Shown here piece by piece: positions 1-8,186 of a stretch of DNA of 40,246 nucleotides. The number at the start of each line of letters is the position of its first letter. Positions within the stretch are counted from its first letter, which is position 1. Under the pieces are notes generated by a model. That model searched no databases. It had not been told where the DNA came from and worked only from the letters and a program-made list of their open reading frames with translations. The position numbers and the translations under genes were made by a program. The stretch is taken from NCBI GenBank assembly GCA_040773125.1, contig JAXGWV010000003.1, positions 1 to 40,246 of the forward strand, in the 5' to 3' direction. The stretch is from Candidatus Dojkabacteria bacterium (GTDB taxonomy: Bacteria; Patescibacteriota; Dojkabacteria; SC72).

Positions 1-234
1 GCACCTCCTTTTAAAGAAGCAACATTTGATATGATATATCCTTTTGGAATAGATAAAGAGAGTAGTATTCTTGATGCTGCAATTGAAACTGGAATTGTTG
101 TGAAGTCAGGAGCTTGGATGAAATATGGTGATCAACAATTAGCTCAGGGAAGAGAAAGTACAATAGAATTACTTAAAAAGGATAAGAAATTGAGAGACAA
201 GATTGAGAAGGATGTTAGGGCTAAGATGAAATGA
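1..234 (+). CDS. recA: RecA, C-terminal part (truncated by window start)
   Basis: Frame from base 1 reads APPFKEATFDMIY..GID..KSGAW..QGRE, typical RecA C-terminus; recX follows. Confidence 0.95.
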   Translation, partial: APPFKEATFDMIYPFGIDKESSILDAAIETGIVVKSGAWMKYGDQQLAQGRESTIELLKKDKKLRDKIEKDVRAKMK

Positions 235-884
235 AGATTACTAAGCTAGTAACCCAAGAGAGGAATACTGAGAGAGTAAATATGTTTTTAGATAACAAGT
301 TTGCTTGTGGTCTCTCACTGAATACTGTTGCAAAGTTTAATCTTTTTGTTGGGAAAGAACTTGATGATGAGGAATTCAACAAAATCCTTCATGATGATTT
401 AACAGAGAGGATATTTAATAGGGCTGTTACATATATTTCAAGAGCAATTAAAAGTGAAAAACAGATTAGGGCATATTTAACTAATCTTTTGTACAAAAAG
501 AAGGGGGTTTGGTTTGACGATTTGAGCAAAGAGTTAGGAAAGGAGATAGTCGATTTTGTAATAGAAAAACTGAAAAGCTATTCATATATTGACGATAAAG
601 AGTTTGCAGAACAATTTGTACTTTCTAGGGTAAAAAATAAACCGAGAGGGAAGTATATAATTGTATCAGAATTAATCTCTAAGGGAATTAATAAAGATTT
701 AGCCGAACAGACTGTTGATGAACTCATTAAAGATGAATATGATATCCTCAAAAGAGTATTTCAGAAGAAATATGGTGAGAGTAAACTTTTAAAAGAAGAC
801 AGAAAGAAAATAGATTTCTTGCTTAGAAAAGGTTTCGATTGGGATTTAATTGAGAGGTTAATTAAAAATGAGTCTGAAAAGTAA
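231..884 (+). CDS. recX: RecX regulatory protein
   Basis: MKITKL..RVNMFLD N-terminus, YIDDKEFA and FLLRKGF motifs; overlaps recA stop. Confidence 0.9.
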   Translation: MKITKLVTQERNTERVNMFLDNKFACGLSLNTVAKFNLFVGKELDDEEFNKILHDDLTERIFNRAVTYISRAIKSEKQIRAYLTNLLYKKKGVWFDDLSKELGKEIVDFVIEKLKSYSYIDDKEFAEQFVLSRVKNKPRGKYIIVSELISKGINKDLAEQTVDELIKDEYDILKRVFQKKYGESKLLKEDRKKIDFLLRKGFDWDLIERLIKNESEK

Positions 885-2568
885 AGGACATTGGAATCTT
901 CCAAAAGAGATAAAAAATAATGATATTTTAGGATACATTCTAAATAGTAGGAATATTGAGGATTCAAAATCTTTTCTTCATCCCCTATTAGAGAATATAC
1001 CTGATTCAAGAAATCTCTTTGATAGTAAATGGGCTGCTGAATTGATAATAGAATCCGTAAATAAAGGGAAGAAGATTGTAATACATGGAGATTTTGATTC
1101 TGATGGGATATGTGCAACTTCACTCCTTTGGGATTTTTTGTACAGAGAGCTTTCTGATTTTTTAAGTAAAAGAGTTGATGTAATACCATATATCCCAAAC
1201 AGAATTGAACAGGGGTATGGTTTAACAGAGGATTCATTAGAAGATGTTTTGGAGTTAGGAGGGGAACTACTAATTTCTGTTGATTGTGGAGTTAGAGATG
1301 AAAAGTTAATTAAAAAATATCAAAAAAAGAATCTCTCAGTAATCATAACCGACCATCACCAGCCCCCAGAGGATATCTCTCCGAAACTTAGCTATCCATT
1401 AGTTCATCAGATGTTTCCTACTCATGAGTATCCTTTTCCTCAGATTTGTGGAACAGCAGTTGTTTTTCTTCTTATTCAAGAAATTCGAAGACAGGTAGGA
1501 ATGGATTACAAGATAACTCCTGATAGTAAAGGTTTAGATTTAGTAGCACTTGCTACTGTTACTGACTTAATGCCATTGATAGATGTGAATAGAATTTTTG
1601 TAAGTTTCGGATTAAAACAAATTGCCTCAGGCAGTAGAGAAGGATTAAGGCAACTTTGTCTTAGAGCAGGGATTAACTTTAAGGATATCAATTCATACCA
1701 CTTGGGATATCTAATTGGTCCAAGAATAAATGCAGCAGGTAGAATTGGTTCTCCGATGGATGCAGTAAAACTTCTTGTTAGTAATAACGAAAAAACTTGT
1801 AATGAGATATCTGCAGAACTAGACGATTTAAATTTCCAAAGACAGAAGCTTACTCAAGAGATTAAGCAACAGGCTGAGGATCAGATTCCAGAGAAAAAAT
1901 TTAAAGTTTTGTTTATTCTAGGACAAGATTGGCATGAGGGAGTAATAGGTTTGGTTGCAGGGAAACTTCTTGAGGAATTTCATGTACCTGTAATTGTTGC
2001 TACTCAGAATGGTGATTTGGTAAAAGGTTCTGCAAGAAGTATTCAAGGTTTTAATATTACAGAAGCCCTTAGCAAATTTGACAAATATTTGGAGAGATTC
2101 GGTGGGCATGAACTAGCAGCAGGTTTTACTGCGAAATTAGACTCAATTGATGAATTTGTTAGGGAGTTTGTGAAATATGCAGAGGAAGAAATAACAGATA
2201 AGATGCTTCTCTCTAAATTGAATGTAGATTTGGTATTGGAGTCAGATAAGGTAAACAAAAAATTGATAGATGATTTGTCTTTGTTGGAGCCATTTGGATA
2301 TGGAAACCCAAGACCAACAATTTGCTTAAGGAATTTAGTTGTCTACAGGAAAACCGTGATGGGGAAAGAAGAGAATCATTTAAAATTAATTGTAAAGGGT
2401 AGTGGAATAGATTTGTTAACACTGATTCTTTTTGGTGCAGGAGAGGATAAAGATGAAATTGAGAAAGATTCGATAATTGATGTTGTAGGATATCCTGATT
2501 TAAACATATGGAATGGGAATGAGAGTGTCCAATTTAATGTAAAAGAGTGGAGATTCTCAGAAGGGTAG
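868..2568 (+). CDS. recJ: ssDNA-specific exonuclease RecJ
   Basis: GDFDSDG, VDCG, TDHH, PRINAAGR, GSARS and GGH motifs (DHH/DHHA1). Confidence 0.96.
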   Translation: MSLKSKGHWNLPKEIKNNDILGYILNSRNIEDSKSFLHPLLENIPDSRNLFDSKWAAELIIESVNKGKKIVIHGDFDSDGICATSLLWDFLYRELSDFLSKRVDVIPYIPNRIEQGYGLTEDSLEDVLELGGELLISVDCGVRDEKLIKKYQKKNLSVIITDHHQPPEDISPKLSYPLVHQMFPTHEYPFPQICGTAVVFLLIQEIRRQVGMDYKITPDSKGLDLVALATVTDLMPLIDVNRIFVSFGLKQIASGSREGLRQLCLRAGINFKDINSYHLGYLIGPRINAAGRIGSPMDAVKLLVSNNEKTCNEISAELDDLNFQRQKLTQEIKQQAEDQIPEKKFKVLFILGQDWHEGVIGLVAGKLLEEFHVPVIVATQNGDLVKGSARSIQGFNITEALSKFDKYLERFGGHELAAGFTAKLDSIDEFVREFVKYAEEEITDKMLLSKLNVDLVLESDKVNKKLIDDLSLLEPFGYGNPRPTICLRNLVVYRKTVMGKEENHLKLIVKGSGIDLLTLILFGAGEDKDEIEKDSIIDVVGYPDLNIWNGNESVQFNVKEWRFSEG

Positions 2569-2569
2569 T

Positions 2570-3913
2570 TTAGTTTTTCTTCTGACTTGCCAACAATTTT
2601 CCCAATCTATTTGGTGTATTTGGAAGATATGCTGTCTCTAACACAGACCCTAAGTCTAAAAGTTTCATTAAGAGTCTCTCTGTTCCAATTGCAAATCCAC
2701 CATGTGGAGGGCAACCATATTTAAAATAGTCAAAGTAATCTTGTAAAGATTCTTCTTGGATATTTCTTTCTTTTGCATTGTTTTTCAACTCCTCATACCT
2801 ATGTTCTCTTTGTGCACCTGTTGTAATTTCTACGCCTTTCCAGAAGAGGTCATATCCTAGTGCAAGTGTAGGATTTAATGGGTTTTTCATATGATAAAAA
2901 GCTCTCTGTCTATGCGGATAATCTGTCATAAAGATAAACTCACTCCCAGTTTCTTTCTCCATTATTTCGCCAATCGCCCTTTCTTCCTCTGGGGAGAAAT
3001 CTCCATCATCCTTACTAGGTATGCCAGCCTTTGCTAATTTCTTTTTTGCTTCTTCAACAGTTAAATATGGGAATTTATCTTTTGGAATGACAACATCAAC
3101 ACCAAAAAGAGTATTGATTTCTTTTCCGTATTTTTCTTTTACCTCTTTAAGCATATGTGTAATCATTGATTCTTCAAACTCACAAACATCAAGAAAGGAA
3201 TCAATATATGACATCTCTACATCAAAACTTGTGTATTCAGTTAAATGCCTTGTTGTAAAAGATTTCTCGGCTCTAAAAACGGGTCCAACATTAAATACTC
3301 TCTCAAACCCTGAAGCCATTGCCATCTGTTTGTGAAATTGAGGAGATTGAGCTAGGTATGCCTTTCTGTCAAAATATTTAACCTCGAAAACATTTGCTCC
3401 TCCTTCACTTGCTGCACCGATAATTCGTGGAGCTTGAATCTCAACAAAATCATTTTCAAGACAGAAATCTCTTAATGCCTTGGTCATTGTTGTTGCAACC
3501 TCTAACATTAAATGATTCTTTTTAGATCTTAGGTCTATCCATCGATAATCCAATCTCTTATTTAATGCTGTAAGATTGTCTGAATGCTCTTCCTCAATAA
3601 CTATTGGAAGGGGTGTTTGAGCAAGAGAATCTATTACTAGGCTCTTAATTTCTAATTCATACCCAGCAGCTACCTGTTTTGCTTCTTTTACAATTCCAGT
3701 TATATCTACGATTGATTCACTACTAACTTCTTTTGCCGTATTAAACAGTTCCTCTCCATTTCCTATCCAGCACACAGCTTGAACGGATGAGCTTCTATCT
3801 TTAATGATGAAGAAAATTATTTTCCCTTGGTCTCTAATTGTTTCAACACTTCCCCTTATCCTTACTTCTTCTCCAATTTTATTCTTTAAATCAACAAGCA
3901 ATGTTCTTTTCAT
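2570..3913 (-). CDS. aspS: Aspartyl-tRNA synthetase, short archaeal/eukaryote type, probably non-discriminating
   Basis: OB-fold N-terminus, LAQSPQ, FRAE, GAQREH, PPHGGFAIGTER; 447 aa without the bacterial GAD insertion. Confidence 0.9.
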   Translation of the reverse strand: MKRTLLVDLKNKIGEEVRIRGSVETIRDQGKIIFFIIKDRSSSVQAVCWIGNGEELFNTAKEVSSESIVDITGIVKEAKQVAAGYELEIKSLVIDSLAQTPLPIVIEEEHSDNLTALNKRLDYRWIDLRSKKNHLMLEVATTMTKALRDFCLENDFVEIQAPRIIGAASEGGANVFEVKYFDRKAYLAQSPQFHKQMAMASGFERVFNVGPVFRAEKSFTTRHLTEYTSFDVEMSYIDSFLDVCEFEESMITHMLKEVKEKYGKEINTLFGVDVVIPKDKFPYLTVEEAKKKLAKAGIPSKDDGDFSPEEERAIGEIMEKETGSEFIFMTDYPHRQRAFYHMKNPLNPTLALGYDLFWKGVEITTGAQREHRYEELKNNAKERNIQEESLQDYFDYFKYGCPPHGGFAIGTERLLMKLLDLGSVLETAYLPNTPNRLGKLLASQKKN

Positions 3914-3940
3914 GAGAGGGAATTATATACTAAAAGTTAA

Positions 3941-5275
3941 TTATAGGAAAGAACTATTATTATCTGTGTTAGTTTCCTGTTTGATTACTATTTTGTCTTT
4001 TAGATTGTTGTAATCGATTGCAGGGTAATAGATATTGAACTCACCATCTGTTCCATCAGCGAAAACTGCTTCCCCAGAGATTAGATATATTGGAACCAAG
4101 AAATTTAACTCCTCAGGAGATTCGTAGTAGAAAAGTCGTACATCATTGATAATTCGGAAAGTTTTAACATTTTTCTGTACATATCCTGCTATGTAATCCC
4201 CATTGTCTTCATACAGATAGGTAATACTACCATTTCCTTTTTTCACTTCTTCTACAGCGGTAGAAGTTGGAATTAATGGATAAGTCCCGCATGGGTCATA
4301 TGAAATTGGCCAATATATGAATTCTATACGATAAGTTGAGCTTAGACCTTTGGTTAATTTGCTATCTTTATCCTGATTCCCAATCCATACAGAGATATTT
4401 GAAACTCTGTAATTATCTAAAACAATAGGTGTATCGTATGTATAGAACTCTACGGCTTTGTCATTTATTGTTTTCTTTGTAATTTTTGGCTCTTTGTTTG
4501 TAATCTTTGAAAACTCCTTAACCATTTCTTCTGCACCAGCTAATTCTGTGGAGAATGTTATCATTGAGCGCTCTCTTACAAAGTCTACTCTAACTAATTC
4601 TGCATCAGCTTGGGATGATGCTTTTTTAAATGTTCCATCAAGGTCAATATCAATATATGTTACTGTCATATTAGCTGTGGAAAACTCATCTTTGAAATTA
4701 AGTAAACCAGTAAGGTTTAATACATTCAAAGCTGTAGATTTTGCACTGTTTTCATCTGGTACGACACCTAGCTTTTTTGTTTCATTTATTTTTGCAATAT
4801 CTGTCTCAAGGACGAAATTCAAATTCTTTGCATTTACTACTAATGTTCTTTTGTTAATATTGTCTCTCCATTTGTAATAGCCTAAATCTTCTTTATTTAT
4901 CTTCTCTTTATCAAAACCAAGTTTTCCTGCTAGTATTGTTGCATTTGTTTCTGATGTCCAAGATTGAGAAGGATTTTCAAATTTGTACACATTAATCACA
5001 GAAGGGAGCACATTGATTTTTCCTGTTTTAGTTAATTCCTCAAACTGAGCAATTGATTCAGGGTCAATTTCTAAACTTGGTATTGTAATTTTAGCTTTTT
5101 CTAGAAATTCTTCTGCAGTTTCTGTACAGCCAAAGTTTGCAGATAGATACTCTTGTGGAACTGTTGGTTTGTTTCCAGAAACAACAAGGAGAATGATAAT
5201 AAATACAATCATTACTGCTACAGCGGCAATTATTCCAAATCTTTTTGTCCAAAAGGATGCTTCTGTCAATGTCAT
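3941..5275 (-). CDS. Membrane-anchored hypothetical protein
   Basis: 444-aa ORF with one N-terminal hydrophobic helix followed by a large soluble domain. Confidence 0.75.
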   Translation of the reverse strand: MTLTEASFWTKRFGIIAAVAVMIVFIIILLVVSGNKPTVPQEYLSANFGCTETAEEFLEKAKITIPSLEIDPESIAQFEELTKTGKINVLPSVINVYKFENPSQSWTSETNATILAGKLGFDKEKINKEDLGYYKWRDNINKRTLVVNAKNLNFVLETDIAKINETKKLGVVPDENSAKSTALNVLNLTGLLNFKDEFSTANMTVTYIDIDLDGTFKKASSQADAELVRVDFVRERSMITFSTELAGAEEMVKEFSKITNKEPKITKKTINDKAVEFYTYDTPIVLDNYRVSNISVWIGNQDKDSKLTKGLSSTYRIEFIYWPISYDPCGTYPLIPTSTAVEEVKKGNGSITYLYEDNGDYIAGYVQKNVKTFRIINDVRLFYYESPEELNFLVPIYLISGEAVFADGTDGEFNIYYPAIDYNNLKDKIVIKQETNTDNNSSFL

Positions 5276-5290
5276 GATATAATATTACCA
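5273..5290. promoter_or_regulatory. Overlapping divergent extended -10 promoters
   Basis: Plus strand TGATATAAT (5275-5283) toward gltX; minus strand TGGTAATAT 6 nt before the ATG at 5275. Confidence 0.55.
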
Positions 5291-5333
5291 TAAATTGGAT
5301 TTCTATCAATTAACTTCTAATAAAAAAATAAAT

Positions 5334-7016
5334 ATGAGAACAGCTGAAGAGAATCAGGAGTTGGCAAATTTACTTTTTCCAAATCACAATACATCTGTTG
5401 AGGATCTTTTTGAAAGATATCCAAAAAGAAATATTGAGAATGGAGAGATGATATTAAGATTCGCTCCAAGCCCTACAGGTTTTTTGCATATAGGGAGTGT
5501 GTATACAGGAATGATTTGTACAAAACTCTCAAAACAATCAGGGGGTTTAGCTATACTAAGGATTGAAGATACAGACAAGAAAAGAGAGGTTGAGGATGGT
5601 GTAACTATGATAGTTAATGGTTTAAAAGGATTTGGAATTTCCTTTGATGAAGGACCAAGTGATGATAAAAATCAAAAGGGTGAGTATGGACCATATATTC
5701 AGAGTCAAAGATTAGATATTTACAAAACTTTTGCAAAAGAAATTGTGAAGAAAGGAAATGCATATCCCTGCTTTATTTCAGAAGAGGAGTTGATATCGAT
5801 TAGAAAAGAGCAGGAGAGTTTGGGTGTTAGGACCGGTTATTATGGTAAATGGGCAAAATGGAGGGATGCAAGTCTGGAGGAAATAAAGAAGGAGTTGGAC
5901 AAAGGTACTCCATATGTAATTAGATTGTATTCTACTGGGAGTATAGATAATACTTTTGAGATGATAGATTTGATTAAAGGTAAAGTCACTCTAAGAGAGA
6001 ATGATATGGATGCAGTCTTGTTAAAATCTGATGGCTTTCCAACATACCACTTTGCACATCCGATAGATGACACTTTAATGGGAATTACCCTTGTTACAAG
6101 GGGAGATGAGTGGTTCCCTTCAGTACCTTTGCACTTTGAGATTTTTCAAAAGCTTGGGTTAGAACAGATTCCTTATGCACACTTCTCCCCACTTATGAAA
6201 GTTGACCATGAGGGGAAGAGTAAAAGAAAACTAAGTAAAAGAAAAGATCCAGAAGCGGATGTTTCCTTTTATATCAATCATGGATATCCGAAGGAAGCAG
6301 TTATTGAATATTTGCTTAATTTGGCCAATTCAAATTTCTCTGATTGGAGGATTCAAAATCCTGATAAATCTCACAATGAATTTGTTTTAAAGATAGAGAA
6401 ATTTAATAAAGCAGGATCCCTTTTTGATATTGTTAAGCTAAGTGATATGTGTAAGGACTACATCTCTACACTGAGTGCACAACAAGTTTATGAGAACTGT
6501 CTTGAATGGGCAAAATTACATGACAGTAAAATTGAGAAATTGCTTTTAGAAAACAAAGAGTATTGCATTAGCATTTTTAATATTGAAAGGAGTGGAGCAA
6601 AGATTAGAAAAGATATTGTGAAATTTGAGGATTGTAAAGAGCAATTAGCACTGTTCTTTGATGAATTGTTTATAGGGGAGTATGAGGATATTCTAGAGAT
6701 GGTAAGTAAAGAAATTCAGAAGGAAATAGTATCAGAATACAAAAAAATATATTCAACTAAAGATAACGAGGTTGAGTGGTTTGAGAAGGTTAAGGAATTG
6801 TCAAAGAAATTAGGTTTTAGTACAGATAGAAAAGAATATGAAGCAAACAAAGAGAAGTTTAAAGGAACAGTTGGTGATGTGGCAATGGTTTTAAGGGTTG
6901 CAATTACAGGTAGGACCAAGAGTCCTAATCTTTACCAAGTGATGTTGGTTTTAGGAGAAGAAAAGGTTATGCAGAGGTTAGATAAATATATCTCGTACAT
7001 CTCGAAAATGGTATAA
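5334..7016 (+). CDS. gltX: Glutamyl-tRNA synthetase
   Basis: RFAPSPTGFLHIG, LRIEDTD, PYIQSQR, KLSKR; ATG 5334 preferred over TTG 5295. Confidence 0.95.
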   Translation: MRTAEENQELANLLFPNHNTSVEDLFERYPKRNIENGEMILRFAPSPTGFLHIGSVYTGMICTKLSKQSGGLAILRIEDTDKKREVEDGVTMIVNGLKGFGISFDEGPSDDKNQKGEYGPYIQSQRLDIYKTFAKEIVKKGNAYPCFISEEELISIRKEQESLGVRTGYYGKWAKWRDASLEEIKKELDKGTPYVIRLYSTGSIDNTFEMIDLIKGKVTLRENDMDAVLLKSDGFPTYHFAHPIDDTLMGITLVTRGDEWFPSVPLHFEIFQKLGLEQIPYAHFSPLMKVDHEGKSKRKLSKRKDPEADVSFYINHGYPKEAVIEYLLNLANSNFSDWRIQNPDKSHNEFVLKIEKFNKAGSLFDIVKLSDMCKDYISTLSAQQVYENCLEWAKLHDSKIEKLLLENKEYCISIFNIERSGAKIRKDIVKFEDCKEQLALFFDELFIGEYEDILEMVSKEIQKEIVSEYKKIYSTKDNEVEWFEKVKELSKKLGFSTDRKEYEANKEKFKGTVGDVAMVLRVAITGRTKSPNLYQVMLVLGEEKVMQRLDKYISYISKMV

Positions 7017-7017
7017 T
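7009..7017 (+). promoter_or_regulatory. Extended -10 for tRNA-Gln
   Basis: TGGTATAAT overlapping the gltX stop, 13 nt before the tRNA. Confidence 0.6.
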
Positions 7018-7030
7018 CACAAACAGTTAT

Positions 7031-7101
7031 TGCCGGATCGTCTAATGGTAGGACGGCGGTCTCTGGAACCGTTAATTCTAGTTCGAATCTAGGTCCGGCA
7101 A
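7031..7101 (+). tRNA. tRNA-Gln (CUG), CCA not encoded
   Basis: Acceptor TGCCGGA/TCCGGCA, anticodon arm GCGGT-CTCTGGA-ACCGT, T-loop TTCGAAT. Confidence 0.95.
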
Positions 7102-7235
7102 TGTGTTCTTTCTTTCCACTTCATAGAATTATTTGAGAATCATATATACAAGTTATTGATAGCAACAGCTATATATAATAGAGAATGTGGTTGTAGTATA
7201 ATAAACATAAGGTAATAAATTAATTGGAAAAGACT

Positions 7236-7952
7236 ATGCCTACTGAACATCAACCAAGTTTTGATGAATTTGCAAATGATAATCTACATAAAGGTTTTTC
7301 TACTGATATTACTATGCATACAAATACAATTAACTATATTAATTCCCTTGAATTAGATGAAAAAGTAAAACCTCTTGTTGAAGTTATAGCGGAAAGAAGA
7401 GCTTTTGATTCTTTGCAAAGAATGGAAAATATGAGACCCAGGATAAACGAATCAATTGCAGATGTTAGAAAGAGTGAATTGGTATTTTCAGAAGGAGAAG
7501 AGAGTAGGCAGGGCCACTATATCCCTGTAGGAGGTCACTACTTTGATCATAACTTGGGGTTAATTATGCTTCATCAAGAAGTTGAGGAAGGGAGTAAGTT
7601 GGGTAGCAATTTTTATATTACAAGACATGTTTTAAAAGAGTCTCCTGGAGGAAACAGTTTTAGTTCGATTACATTTATGAAATTCTCTTTATATGATTCC
7701 AATAAGGAGGGAACTCTTCTCACAACTTTAAATCAGGCACAGAAAAAATTCCCATATTTCAAAGATTTAAAAGGACATTTTTCTCTTAAGCAAGACCTTT
7801 CAAAAGTTCAAAGAATGAGATATCTTGGGAGCAAGGAGATTTCTAAAAAGGTTAAGGAGTATATTGAGCAAAGAAAACCAGATCCAGAAATATTAAAGAC
7901 AATTTATGGATTGATAAAACAAGCTAAGGAATTTGAGGAATATCCTTTTTAA
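7236..7952 (+). CDS. Hypothetical protein
   Basis: ~240-aa ORF with no recognised motif. Confidence 0.65.
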   Translation: MPTEHQPSFDEFANDNLHKGFSTDITMHTNTINYINSLELDEKVKPLVEVIAERRAFDSLQRMENMRPRINESIADVRKSELVFSEGEESRQGHYIPVGGHYFDHNLGLIMLHQEVEEGSKLGSNFYITRHVLKESPGGNSFSSITFMKFSLYDSNKEGTLLTTLNQAQKKFPYFKDLKGHFSLKQDLSKVQRMRYLGSKEISKKVKEYIEQRKPDPEILKTIYGLIKQAKEFEEYPF

Positions 7953-7963
7953 ACTCTTGTTTG

Positions 7964-7972
7964 TGATATAAT
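7964..7972 (+). promoter_or_regulatory. Extended -10 promoter of the ileS leader
   Basis: TGATATAAT immediately upstream of the T-box. Confidence 0.7.
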
Positions 7973-7977
7973 TTAAA

Positions 7978-8170
7978 AGTGATGAACCAGTAATCACTGG
8001 GGAGCTAGGGAAAGAAAGATATATTTTATATATTTAGTAGAATCCCAAACCGTATTAGGTTGTAAGGGAGTATTAGAAATAATACTCTGAAGTAGGGTGG
8101 TAACGCGGATTTATTCGCCCCTTTGCGAGTGGTTAGAAAGGTTCTAACTATTTGTAAGGGGGCTTTTTAT
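7978..8170 (+). ncRNA. ileS T-box riboswitch with ultrashort Stem I
   Basis: CCAGT-AATC-ACTGG hairpin with Ile specifier AUC (7993-7995) in the loop; Stem II GGGA-AAGAA...AGTA-GAA-TCCC; antiterminator AGGG-TGGTAAC-GCG...CGCCCCT. Confidence 0.92.
8117..8168 (+). terminator. T-box intrinsic terminator
   Basis: 22-bp stem including G-U pairs (GCCCCTTTG...TAAGGGGGC) followed by TTTTT; shares CCCCT with the antiterminator. Confidence 0.9.
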
Positions 8171-8186
8171 TTTATTATTTATTTTG

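Noticed and set aside
7130-7160. Weak reverse-strand resemblance to the R repeat after tRNA-Gln
   Set aside because: Only CTTGTATAT matches; no core and no palindrome.
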